A stretch of DNA of 64,000 bases from an uncultured Isosphaeraceae bacterium (GTDB lineage Bacteria; Planctomycetota; GCA-002687715), in assembly GCA_964507445.1 (NCBI GenBank), contig CAZDQF010000020.1, forward strand, positions 6,528 to 70,527, written 5' to 3'. The position numbers were made by a program, and so were the translations under genes. The notes beneath the pieces are model-generated. The model saw only the letters and a list, made by a program, of their open reading frames with translations, made no database searches and was not told the DNA's origin. Numbering within the stretch: the stretch's first letter is position 1; every line of letters begins with the position of its first letter. Shown here piece by piece: positions 55,458 to 64,000 of this stretch.

Positions 55458-58058
55458 TCACTCGTACTTGATGGCGGCGATCACATCTGCGCTGCCCGCG
55501 CGGCGAGCGGGGATGACGGCGGCTACGGCGGCGAAGGCGGCGAGGGCGGCTATGGAGATGAGCACCCACCAGAAGTCGAAGGAGTGGACCAACGGGAGAC
55601 CGGAGAGAGACGCCAGCCCCCTGACCGCCACCTCGGACAGGATCACGCCGATGGCGCTGCCCAGGAGACCGCTGGTCAGTCCGAGCATCACCGCTTCGGA
55701 CATCAACAGCTTGTAGACCTGCTTACTGGTGACCCCGACGGCGCGCAGGAGGCCGGTCTCCTTGGTGCGCTCCATGCCGCTCACCAGCAACGAGTTCAGC
55801 AGCCCCATGCCAGCCAGGATCGCCGTGAGCAGGAGGATCACGTCGAAGATGGCGAAGTCCGCGTTGATCTCGTCGCGGTACTCCTGCCGTTGCTGGGCCC
55901 CGGTCCAGGTCCGCGTGTTCTCCGAGCCGAAGGCGCCGATGACGGCGGCCCGGACGGCGTCGGCTACGGCGGTCTCGTCGTGACCGGGGAGCAAGCCGAT
56001 GGAGAGGAAGCTGACCCGGTCGTTGTTGCGGCAGAAGATCTGCCGCATGGTCTTCTCCTCGATGAGGGCGTAGGCCGGATCATGAGGCCTGAACCCGAAG
56101 CGGTCGTCGATGGCCACGACCTCGAAGGAGCGACGCCCCTTGAGGGTGGTCAGGGGGATGTCGTCGCCGAGCTTGAGGTCCCGCTCCCGCGCCAGGTTGG
56201 TGGTGACCACGATGCCGCGACCCTGTTCGAACAGGCGGCGCCTGGTCTCGTCGTCTGATCCGGACAGCAGCCCGTCCGCGAGGACGTCGGGCACGGACAC
56301 CCCGCGGACCTCCAGGGTACCTTGCCTGAACAGCGCATCCAGCGGCGTCAGGGACCTGACCCCCTCGATGTTCCTGAGCGGCTCCAGTCGCTTGCGTCCG
56401 ACGCCCGGTAGCTCGACGAACACCTTCCCGGGGAGGGCGCGGGCCGCCCACTCGTCCTTGTCGTCCTTCAGCGCGCCGGTGATGGCATGGAGGGTGACGA
56501 TCCCGGCGGCCACCAGGCTGAGGCCGGTGACGGATCCGGCGAATCGGCGGATGCCGCGGGCGAGGCCCTTTCGGAGCAGGTAGGGGAGGACCCGTTGCGT
56601 GCGTTCGAAGGGCTTGATGCAGGCTCCGAGTACGGTCCCCAGGACCGTGGGCAGCGTCCACAGGGTCATGACGAAGCCGCCGAACACCAGCGTGACAAGG
56701 AAGGAGACCTCCACGAACTCCTTGTCCATGGGGTGGAGCAGCCACGCCAGCCCGAGCACCGACGGAGGCAGCAGCGCCAGGATGAGGGGCAGCAACCAGC
56801 GTGGGGCGGCGGCGTCGCCCAGGGCGGCCTCTCCTTGCTTCAGGGCGTCGATGATGGCGACCCTGCGCACCCGCGCGATGGGATGGATGGCGCCCAGCAG
56901 GCACGCCACGATGCCCGCGGCGGCGACCCAGCCCAGGGTGTCCCAGGGGATCTCGAATTGCTGCACCGGTCGGCCCCACCCGAGGGTGGTCATGCGGGCT
57001 CCCAGCATGAGCTTGGCGATGACGAGACCGATGCCGAGCCCCGCTGCCGTCCCGATCACGGCCAGCATGAGAGCCTCGAGGAGGAACACCCCGGCGAGGG
57101 TGCGTCCGGTGAGCCCCAGGGCCCCCAGCAATCCCACCTGACGAACCCACGAGGTGACCGCCAGGGTGAGCAGATGGAAGATGATGAACAGCCCGAGCCC
57201 GAGGGCCATGAAGGAGGCCAGGCGGACGCCGCTCCGGAAGGCCCGCTCTTCACGGGTCTCGCCCACCTCCCGGGCTTCGGGCACGTCGATACGGAAGACC
57301 GACTCCAGCTGGTCCTTGACGATGCCCGGGCTCGAATCGGGGCCGAGCTGGACCCACCAGCGGGTCAGGTGCGGCGTGCCGCCCATGAGCTCGACCCCGT
57401 CAGCGTGAGGCAGGACGAGGGAGCGGCCGTTGTTGGAGAGACCGAGGTGATGAGGCGCGAGGACCCCGATGAGCTTCAGTTCCAGGGCCGGGCCGGAGGG
57501 GCGAGAGCGATCCTCGAGGTCGATCAGTTGCCCGTCGGCGCAGCCGTGGGGTGTCACGGCGGGGCGTTGCAGCTTGTAGCTCCTGCCGATCTTCAGGCCG
57601 CCGTCCTTTGCGGCCTTGAAGGCGGCGAGGAAGACGCCCCGCTCTCCTGCACGAAAGTCCCTTCCGGAACGCACGGCGTAGGCGTCGAAGGTGGCGCCGG
57701 CCTCCGGCTTCAGAGCGAAGAACGGAATACCCTTCAGCTCCCGCTTCTCGTCGCTGATCGCGACCCGTTCGGAGATGACCGGGGTGTTCATGCGCAGCCC
57801 CGGTTGCCGCTCCAGCGCCGACTGAGCGTCGGCGACTCTGGTCGCCCTGGGGTTGTGCAGGGTCAGCACCCAGTCCGGGTCGCCGGTGAAGCGGCGATGA
57901 TGCTCTCGCAGGTTCACCACCGTGTTGTGGTCAACCACCTGGATGGCCACGACGGTGGCGACACCGAAGGCGATGCCGAGGATGGCGCAGACGGCGTGGA
58001 GCCGCCTAAATGCCAAGTTCTTTGAGGCGATCCAGAACAGCAGCCGCATCGTGATCAC
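55458..58058 (-). CDS. ABC transporter permease with two FtsX-like modules (MacB/LolE-type)
   Basis: The 866-aa product has N- and C-terminal 4-TM FtsX-type blocks separated by large periplasmic domains. A C-terminal motif reads ERTKETGLLRAVGVTSKQV. It lies downstream of and overlaps the ATPase gene. Confidence 0.85.
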   Translation of the reverse strand: MITMRLLFWIASKNLAFRRLHAVCAILGIAFGVATVVAIQVVDHNTVVNLREHHRRFTGDPDWVLTLHNPRATRVADAQSALERQPGLRMNTPVISERVAISDEKRELKGIPFFALKPEAGATFDAYAVRSGRDFRAGERGVFLAAFKAAKDGGLKIGRSYKLQRPAVTPHGCADGQLIDLEDRSRPSGPALELKLIGVLAPHHLGLSNNGRSLVLPHADGVELMGGTPHLTRWWVQLGPDSSPGIVKDQLESVFRIDVPEAREVGETREERAFRSGVRLASFMALGLGLFIIFHLLTLAVTSWVRQVGLLGALGLTGRTLAGVFLLEALMLAVIGTAAGLGIGLVIAKLMLGARMTTLGWGRPVQQFEIPWDTLGWVAAAGIVACLLGAIHPIARVRRVAIIDALKQGEAALGDAAAPRWLLPLILALLPPSVLGLAWLLHPMDKEFVEVSFLVTLVFGGFVMTLWTLPTVLGTVLGACIKPFERTQRVLPYLLRKGLARGIRRFAGSVTGLSLVAAGIVTLHAITGALKDDKDEWAARALPGKVFVELPGVGRKRLEPLRNIEGVRSLTPLDALFRQGTLEVRGVSVPDVLADGLLSGSDDETRRRLFEQGRGIVVTTNLARERDLKLGDDIPLTTLKGRRSFEVVAIDDRFGFRPHDPAYALIEEKTMRQIFCRNNDRVSFLSIGLLPGHDETAVADAVRAAVIGAFGSENTRTWTGAQQRQEYRDEINADFAIFDVILLLTAILAGMGLLNSLLVSGMERTKETGLLRAVGVTSKQVYKLLMSEAVMLGLTSGLLGSAIGVILSEVAVRGLASLSGLPLVHSFDFWWVLISIAALAAFAAVAAVIPARRAGSADVIAAIKYE

Positions 58059-58749
58059 CGGAGAGCTCGGTTTCCGGGTCTATCCGCCCGTCCTTCAAGA
58101 ACAGCACCCGGTCCGCGCCGGCTGCGTCGTATGGGTTGTGGGTGACCATGAGCACGGACCGCTCCTGATCGTCAACCGCTGCCCGGAGCAGCCTCATGAC
58201 CTCCTCCCCGGTCTTGGTGGCCAGGTTCCCGGTCGGCTCGTCGGCCAGGATCAGGGGAGGCTCCATGACGAGGGCCCTGGCCACGGAGACGCGCTGGAGT
58301 TCGCCCCCTGACAGCTGATGAGGAGCGTGGTCCTTGCGGCCCTGCAGGTTCATGCGCTCCAGCAACGCGTCCACGCGGGAGGCCTCCGCCTGCGGGTCCC
58401 TCCCGTTGACCCTCAGCGGCAGCATCACGTTCTCGCCCGCGGTCAACTGGGGCATCAGGTTGAAGTTCTGGAACACGTAGCCGATGGAGGAGCGGCGCAT
58501 GTGCCCGCGCTCTCCTTCAGGCAGCGCCGTCATCTCCTTCCCGTCCACGAACACCTGACCCGAGGTGGCAGGGAGGAGGCCGGCGGAGATGTGGAGCAGC
58601 GTGCTCTTACCCGAGCCGCTCTGCCCCATCACGGCGACGAACTCGCCCTTGGCGACGGAGAGGCTCACGTCGGTGAGCACGGAGAGTTCGCGCCCGCCGA
58701 TGCGGAACACCCGTGTCAGAGAGCGGACATCCAGTACAGGTTGTGTCAT
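58006..58749 (-). CDS. ABC transporter ATP-binding protein (MacB/LolD-type)
   Basis: The start is at [11 protein letters not shown] at 58749. Walker A is GQSGSGKST, the signature motif is [15 protein letters not shown], and Walker B is [11 protein letters not shown]. Confidence 0.92.
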   Translation of the reverse strand: MTQPVLDVRSLTRVFRIGGRELSVLTDVSLSVAKGEFVAVMGQSGSGKSTLLHISAGLLPATSGQVFVDGKEMTALPEGERGHMRRSSIGYVFQNFNLMPQLTAGENVMLPLRVNGRDPQAEASRVDALLERMNLQGRKDHAPHQLSGGELQRVSVARALVMEPPLILADEPTGNLATKTGEEVMRLLRAAVDDQERSVLMVTHNPYDAAGADRVLFLKDGRIDPETELSGDHDAAAVLDRLKELGI

Positions 58750-58954
58750 GTCTGGGGAAGCAGTCAGCTCGAGAGCGCGAGCCACCGCGGCCGCTGGGAT
58801 CTTGTACCACAACGAACCACCTCGGAGCGACGCTGGAGTCGGGACTGACCGATGGTCAGGTGGTGGTGAAGGAGACAGCGGTCACCGGGTCGGGATCGCC
58901 GCCTTGCAAGCTCCTTTGACGTCACCGTCGTGATCGCGATTGAAGGAAGCCCTG

Positions 58955-60528
58955 CTAATTGACTATCCAGGAGCTGCCGTCCGAGAACGGGAACGTGAGG
59001 CTGGTCCATCCCCCCGCCGGCAAGCCCGAGGTCGACATCTCGTAGATGGCGTCGCTGGCGACTCCCGCCTGTGCGCCTGCGCCGAGGTTGCCGATGATCG
59101 TCCCGGCGGCGGTGCCCCCCATGGGGCCCGGGTCGGTGCTGCCTCCTCCTCGCGAGATGCCCATGATCGACTGGAACGTGTGAGTCGGGTCCGGGAGGTA
59201 GTTGTCGATGATGGTCTCGCCGGCGGAGGTGAACGTGATGTCGACGCTGTTGGCCGATCCGGTGTTCAACGCGCTGGGGACTCCCTGGAACGACACCCGC
59301 ACGTCCGTTGCAGTGGCCGATACCGAGACGGACCCTCCGAGGTTGGGCGAGAAGTCGGTCCATACCCCGGCTCGCGGCATCCACGTCAGGTATTGAGTGA
59401 AGCTGGGGCTGGGGCTGGCCGTGGGGAACTGGAAGTAGACCTCGCCGTTCGAGTGGACCCAGAACGTCGTGTACGTCGTCCCGTAGAAGGTGATGCCCGG
59501 CATGGTCCCGCAGTACGGGCTGTTCTGGTACGCGCTGTAGGCGACGGCGTCATCCCCCAGCGCGAGGTTGACAGGGGTGCCGGACGCCAGGATCGAGATC
59601 TCGACGGGTTGTGAGAGTTGGAACCCGTCGGGGTGACCGCAGGGCCGGTGCCGGTGCCCTGCAAGCCGTCGATGTCGAGGGACGACTCGGGGCTGTTGAC
59701 TTCCCACGGATTCAGGGGGCAGGCCGGCCCGCCGAGCTCCCACGACAGGATCTCGTTGAGTTGATTCAAACCGCCCGTGCCGCCCGTGAACCCGACGTAA
59801 GCGGTTCCGTTCGGCAAATTGAGGCCTGCGATCGGGTTGCCGGTCAGGTTCGTGCCACCGGTCAGGAAGTCAAACGCGACGCTCAACACGGGGACCGCGG
59901 TGTCGTCGAGGAAGATGTCCAGTGTCCCCGGAACGTAGCGTATGCACATCGTGTGGACCTGCCCGTCCGACAAGTTGGTGGCAGGGCTGACACGACCGAT
60001 CGAGTAGTACTCGTCGGCGCCGTTGGCGGTGGTGGGGATCGTCGGGATGAGGTGCACGCTGATGTGGTTCGCGTCCGGGTCCCCGAAGCCGCCGTTCTGA
60101 TAGGTGTCGAGTTCGACGACGAGCAGGTTGGCCATGGTGTTCGTTGGCACGAGCGGTTGGCTGGTATAGCCGAGGGAGCCTCCGCCCTGAGCCAGGGCGG
60201 CCGTGCCGGCGACGTCGTCATGGACGATGAACGTCATTCCGTCGGCGCCTGATCCGGTCGGCGTGATCCGGAATTCGAAGGTCGTCAGGAATCCCGACGT
60301 CACCGACTGCTGCGACTGAAACCACGCGCTCCCGGCCTGGCCATTCTGGGCGGGGGTGATCATGAGCGCGTTTCCCAGCTGTGCGGCGGCGCCGTTGAGG
60401 GTCATCCCTACCGTGGCGCTGAAGTCCGGGTAGGAGATCTGTGCCGGGGCCGCATTGCCCAGCCCGAACAGGATGACGGACAGGACGGCGCAGCATCGAC
60501 GCGCCGGTGTCAACGGAAGGGACGGCAT
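58955..60528 (-). pseudogene. secreted L-type (legume-like) lectin domain + NIDO-like domain protein, disrupted by a 1-nt frameshift at a C4 run (plus-strand G4 at 59630-59633)
   Basis: ORF 59386..60528 encodes a signal peptide plus a lectin domain (ADGMTFIVHDD, VVELDTYQNGGFGDPDANHISVH). After ...GTGTGPAV it becomes Arg/Ser junk. ORF 58955..59743, in the -1 frame, continues with meaningful sequence from ..PDGFQLSQPVEISILASG onward, including ITFYGTTYTTFWVHSNGEVYF. Confidence 0.7.
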
Positions 60529-60705
60529 GGCTGACCTCCAGAGAGACGGAGTGGGTCGAAGCGTACAATCCTACTACAGGCCAGGCATCGGCGGCGGTGG
60601 TGCACGAGTCTGCCGTTTCGAGCGTGGCCGACCCTGCTCGAGGAACGGTCAGCGAGCTCGCTGACTAGAAGCACCGCATGGTGGCGACACGGTCGTCATG
60701 TGCGT

Positions 60706-62421
60706 TCAGCTCGGAGCACCGCGGTCGCTCTCCAGGACCTTTCGAACCATGCGGCCCAGATCCTGCATCGCCATGGGCTTGGCGATGAAGTTGTTGTCCA
60801 CGTCGAGGGCCTCGGCGTTCGCTTGATCTTCGGCCGGATAGCCGGACATGTAGAGGACCTGCATATCCGGCCGATCCTCCCGGATGCGGGCGGCCAACTC
60901 GCGGCCGTTCATCTCAGGCATCACCATGTCGGTGAGCAGCAAGTGGATCCGTCCCTGGTGTTCCTCACTCATTCGTGCGGCATCCGTGGGCAGTCCTGCC
61001 TCCATGACTCGGTAACCCAGACGAGTCAGGGTCTGGCCAAGGAGGCGTCGGACTCGATCTTCGTCATCCACGATGAGGATCGCTTCATTGCCCCGTGACT
61101 CGTCCCGTGCCCGACCCAGGTGCGATTCCCTGACCTCGGTCCTGGTTGGTGCCAGCGGAAGGAAAACCGAGAAGGACGTCCCTTCTCCCACCTCGCTCTC
61201 CACATGGATCGAACCGCCGCTCTGGGCCACGGTCCCGTACACGGCGGCCAGTCCGAATCCGGTCCCCTTGCCCGTGTCCTTTGTGGTGAAGAACGGTTCG
61301 AAGATCCGGGGGAGGTCTTCCGCTGCGATGCCGCAACCGTTGTCTCTCACCCGAAAGAGCACGCGATCTCCCGTCGGGTCCTCCACGCAACCCGACGAGT
61401 CCCCCCGGTTCATCCGCACCCTCCGCGTGTGGATTTCGATGCGGCCGGTGCCACCCAGAGCGTCGCGAGCGTTCACCACCAGATTGACCAGCACCTGTTC
61501 GAATTGCGCAACGTCCAGCTTCACGCGCGGCAACGCCGACGCCAGGGATGTCACCAGGTCAATGCTGGACGGGACGAGCCGTCGCAGCATCTTGATGGTG
61601 TCGGAGATCAGCTTGTTGAGGTCCGCCACCAGGGGGACCATGGGATGTTGCCGGCTGAAGGTCAGCAGACGGCGGGTCAACTCGGCGGCGCGCTCGGCGG
61701 CCAGGCACATTTCGTTAACGCCGTCGGCGAGATCCGGCTTGACATGGTCGCTCTCGCGCACGAACTCGCCGTAGCCCATGATCACCGTGAGGAGGTTGTT
61801 GAAGTCGTGGGCGATGCCCCCAGCGAGCATGCCCAACGCCTCCATCTTCTGTGATTGGTGCTGCCGAACCTTCGACTCCCTGAGCTCCTCCTCCGCGGTC
61901 TTCTGTAGCGTGATGTCACGGGTCGATCCGAATACGACAAGGACGCCATCCTCGCGGCGGTTGACCCGCATGCGTTCTTCGAGCCATCGCAACTCCCCGG
62001 ACTTGGTGACGATGCGAAACTGGTGTTCCGAAATCCCCTCGGGGCCCTTGACTCGACCAAGCGCGAACGACAGGTCGTCCGGGTGCACCAGCCTCTGCAG
62101 GCCGATGTCGGAGAACTCCTCGGTGCCGTAACCCGTCAGCCGTTCGAACGACCCCGTGATCCACTCGCGATGGGAGCGACCATCGGGATACTCCAGCCGC
62201 ATCCAGCAGCAATCGGCGGTGAGCTCGGAGACCGCCCTCAGGCGGCTGGCCAAGGTCTCCCAGTTGGGCGCGGAACCGGTCCCTTCTTGGTCCCCCTCGA
62301 TCGGGTCATCCCCGGGTTGGTTCGGTTTCCCCATAGGATTGTCTGCCGTCACTCCCCATCCAGCCCACCCATGCGTCGCGGATTGTACCTCTCGTTGGCG
62401 GCGACGTCCCCTTGTCGGCAT
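60706..62421 (-). CDS. hybrid sensor histidine kinase (PAS - HisKA - HATPase_c - receiver)
   Basis: The PAS region has HPDDL...ISEHQFRIVTKSGELRWLEER. The H-box is GGIAHDFNNLLTVIMGY. The N and G boxes are NLVVNARDA, DNGCGI and GTGFGL. The receiver reads ILIVDDEDRVRR...LLLTDMVMPEMNG...MSGY. Confidence 0.9.
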   Translation of the reverse strand: MPTRGRRRQREVQSATHGWAGWGVTADNPMGKPNQPGDDPIEGDQEGTGSAPNWETLASRLRAVSELTADCCWMRLEYPDGRSHREWITGSFERLTGYGTEEFSDIGLQRLVHPDDLSFALGRVKGPEGISEHQFRIVTKSGELRWLEERMRVNRREDGVLVVFGSTRDITLQKTAEEELRESKVRQHQSQKMEALGMLAGGIAHDFNNLLTVIMGYGEFVRESDHVKPDLADGVNEMCLAAERAAELTRRLLTFSRQHPMVPLVADLNKLISDTIKMLRRLVPSSIDLVTSLASALPRVKLDVAQFEQVLVNLVVNARDALGGTGRIEIHTRRVRMNRGDSSGCVEDPTGDRVLFRVRDNGCGIAAEDLPRIFEPFFTTKDTGKGTGFGLAAVYGTVAQSGGSIHVESEVGEGTSFSVFLPLAPTRTEVRESHLGRARDESRGNEAILIVDDEDRVRRLLGQTLTRLGYRVMEAGLPTDAARMSEEHQGRIHLLLTDMVMPEMNGRELAARIREDRPDMQVLYMSGYPAEDQANAEALDVDNNFIAKPMAMQDLGRMVRKVLESDRGAPS

Positions 62422-62790
62422 GGCTCATCAACTTCGAGACGCGCCGGTCTCCCAAGGCGCGGAATGTCACGTGCGGGACGAAGAATGCGAAGGGCTCGGT
62501 GCCGCTGACGACCTCCTCCAATCAGGAGCTCTCGCGACGCTCCACGGCGAGTTCGCGCTGCTCGGTCTCGGTGACCGCTGCCACCAGGTCCGGCTCGTTG
62601 CGCGTTGAAGAGAGATACAGCCGCCAGTTGCTCTGGATGGGCGAGGGGAGGAAGCGGTGGCGGAGCTCCACACGAGGGTCACCGTGAGCGTGCACGGGAG
62701 GTGGTTCCTGGATGGGTCCCTCTCGTGACCGACCATCCATGCCCGTGTGGCAGGCGATGAGAATCCGAGCTGAAACCGCCGCGTCCCGCG

Positions 62791-63960
62791 TCAACGAGCG
62801 CCGCCACGGACCGCGGGGCGGATGATGTCCCGGAGCGCACCGGTGGTGCTCTTGCTGGGCCGGTCGTGGATGTTCCACGCGTTGAAGACGACGACGAGGT
62901 CGAGGTCGGGGATGACGATCGGGAACTGGCCGCCGTAGCCGCTGCCCTGGTAGGCGACGGCACGTCCGTCCTCGGCGGCGACCCACCACTGGTATCCGTA
63001 GGCGGAGTCCGGTCTGCCGGGGGCGGAGCCGAGGGTGACGTGCGGCTCGACCGATTCCTCGACCCAGGATTCGGAGACGACGCGGCGTCCGCGCCAGGTC
63101 CCCTTCTGCAAGAAGAGCTGGGCGATGCGTGCGAGGTCGCGGGGTGCGAGATAGAGCCCGCCCTCGGTGTCGATCTCGCCGCAAGGGGTCTCCTTCCAGA
63201 ACCACTCGGTGATGCCCAGGGGTTTGAACAGCCGCTCCGCGGCGTACTCGTCGATGCGCCTGCCGGTGGCCACGCGGACGATCTTGCCGATGAGGACGCT
63301 GGCTCCGGAGTTGTAGTTGAACCGGGTGCCCGGGTCCTCGCTCATGGGCTGCGCCAGCACATAGCGGACCCAGTCTTGGCTGGACTCGAGCTGGATGCAT
63401 GAGTTCGCCGGGTCCTCGTAGGAGATCGATTCATCCCAGGCGATCCCGCTGCGCATGGTGAGGAGGTCTTGCAGGGTCATGGCGCGTCGGCGCGGGTCGG
63501 AGAGGTCCGGCTCGTATTGCGAGAAGAACGACATCGCCGGAGCCTCCACCCCTCCTGGTATGCGACCCTCGTCCATGGCGATGCCGACGCAGATGGAGGT
63601 GATCGACTTGGTCACCGACTGGAGAGTGTGGAGCCGAGTGCCCTGGTAGTAGGGGTGCCACGACGGGTGGTCGTAGTCGTAGGCATGATCTTCGGGGTCG
63701 TAGGGCTTGGAGATCTCGACGTAGTCCCGTTGGAAGTGATGGTCGGCCACGATCTTCCCCCCGCGAGCGAGCAGGAAGTGATCGACGTTGCCGTAATGCC
63801 CGGCCTCGATGTCGGCGACGAGCTCGACGATGGCCGCCTCGTCCACACCGGCTTCCTCGAAGGTCGTCCGGTGCCAGGCGTGCCGCTGCCCGGATCCGGC
63901 GCAGCCGAACAAGAGGAAGGCGAAGCAGGACACCGAAAACCTGACGTAGAGACGACTCAT
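62791..63960 (-). CDS. serine hydrolase of the beta-lactamase/transpeptidase-like family (class C-like esterase/PBP)
   Basis: The start is at MSRLYVRFSVSCFAFLLFGCAG (lipoprotein-like) at 63960. It carries the S-x-x-K nucleophile motif, LQSVTKSITS. Confidence 0.88.
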   Translation of the reverse strand: MSRLYVRFSVSCFAFLLFGCAGSGQRHAWHRTTFEEAGVDEAAIVELVADIEAGHYGNVDHFLLARGGKIVADHHFQRDYVEISKPYDPEDHAYDYDHPSWHPYYQGTRLHTLQSVTKSITSICVGIAMDEGRIPGGVEAPAMSFFSQYEPDLSDPRRRAMTLQDLLTMRSGIAWDESISYEDPANSCIQLESSQDWVRYVLAQPMSEDPGTRFNYNSGASVLIGKIVRVATGRRIDEYAAERLFKPLGITEWFWKETPCGEIDTEGGLYLAPRDLARIAQLFLQKGTWRGRRVVSESWVEESVEPHVTLGSAPGRPDSAYGYQWWVAAEDGRAVAYQGSGYGGQFPIVIPDLDLVVVFNAWNIHDRPSKSTTGALRDIIRPAVRGGAR

Positions 63961-64000
63961 GAAGACCTCCGGGGACACCAGGTAGCGCTACGGGGTGCCA

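Noticed and set aside
59600-59660. Programmed -1 ribosomal frameshifting in the lectin gene.
   Set aside because: There is no slippery heptamer of the X XXY YYZ type and no obvious downstream pseudoknot. A homopolymer indel (mutation or assembly error) is the simpler explanation.
62522-63400. 292-aa minus-strand ORF. Its 3' end (62522-62740, MDGRSREGPIQEPPPVHAHGDPRVELRHRFLPSPIQSNWRLYLSSTRNEPDLVAAVTETEQRELAVERRESS) lies in the otherwise empty gap between the histidine kinase and the beta-lactamase-like gene.
   Set aside because: The upstream two-thirds is an alternative frame of the serine hydrolase gene. The 72-codon tail might be a genuine small gene. I recognise no family, RBS or conservation evidence for it, so it is not annotated.

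Overview
This is a GC-rich bacterial chromosomal segment of about two-thirds G+C, judged by eye and not computed. It is densely packed with about 50 protein genes and one tRNA. I saw no rRNA, CRISPR array, transposase or integrase. The gene content points to a PVC/Planctomycetota-like genome, which is an inference only. That content includes a MoxR-DUF58-BatA-vWA cluster, sulfatase, giant PQQ/TPR and HEAT-repeat secreted proteins, several Ser/Thr kinases and a fused aroD-aroE.

Layout:
- 1-14.3 kb (minus strand): a co-directional MoxR/Bat-like cluster extended by a kinase, a rhodanese, a 1493-aa PQQ-repeat protein and two tandem prenyltransferase-like paralogs.
- 14.4-16.0 kb: ftsB-like gene and eno.
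- 16.1-23.4 kb (plus strand): yhhQ, a HAD-Nudix-FolB triple fusion, an SDR, lemA, psd, pssA, folK and panC.
- 23.5-34.0 kb: porin, a CxxCH lipoprotein, an S8 peptidase, aroDE, aroK and a HEAT-repeat protein.
- 34.05 kb: initiator tRNA-Met.
- 34.4-39.7 kb (minus strand): the main finding, a complete diversity-generating retroelement (DGR).
- 39.8-64 kb: mostly envelope and secreted functions.

The DGR consists of a target gene carrying the variable repeat (VR), then an HRDC gene, avd, the reverse transcriptase and the template repeat (TR). In a hand alignment of 129 nt, TR and VR differ at 28 positions, and every one is a TR adenine on the coding strand. The diversified protein is a transmembrane Ser/Thr kinase whose extracytoplasmic C-terminal FGE-type C-type-lectin domain holds the VR. 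This makes it a candidate hypervariable receptor kinase.

Secondary observations:
- The HAD-Nudix-FolB Rosetta-stone fusion.
- A thioredoxin-like gene with an in-frame TGA followed by a SECIS-like hairpin.
- A frameshifted L-type lectin gene.
- A NIDO-like domain shared by two secreted proteins.
- A near-perfect palindrome in an AT-rich islet upstream of a porin gene.

All domain calls come from reading motifs in the supplied translations. No database search was run.
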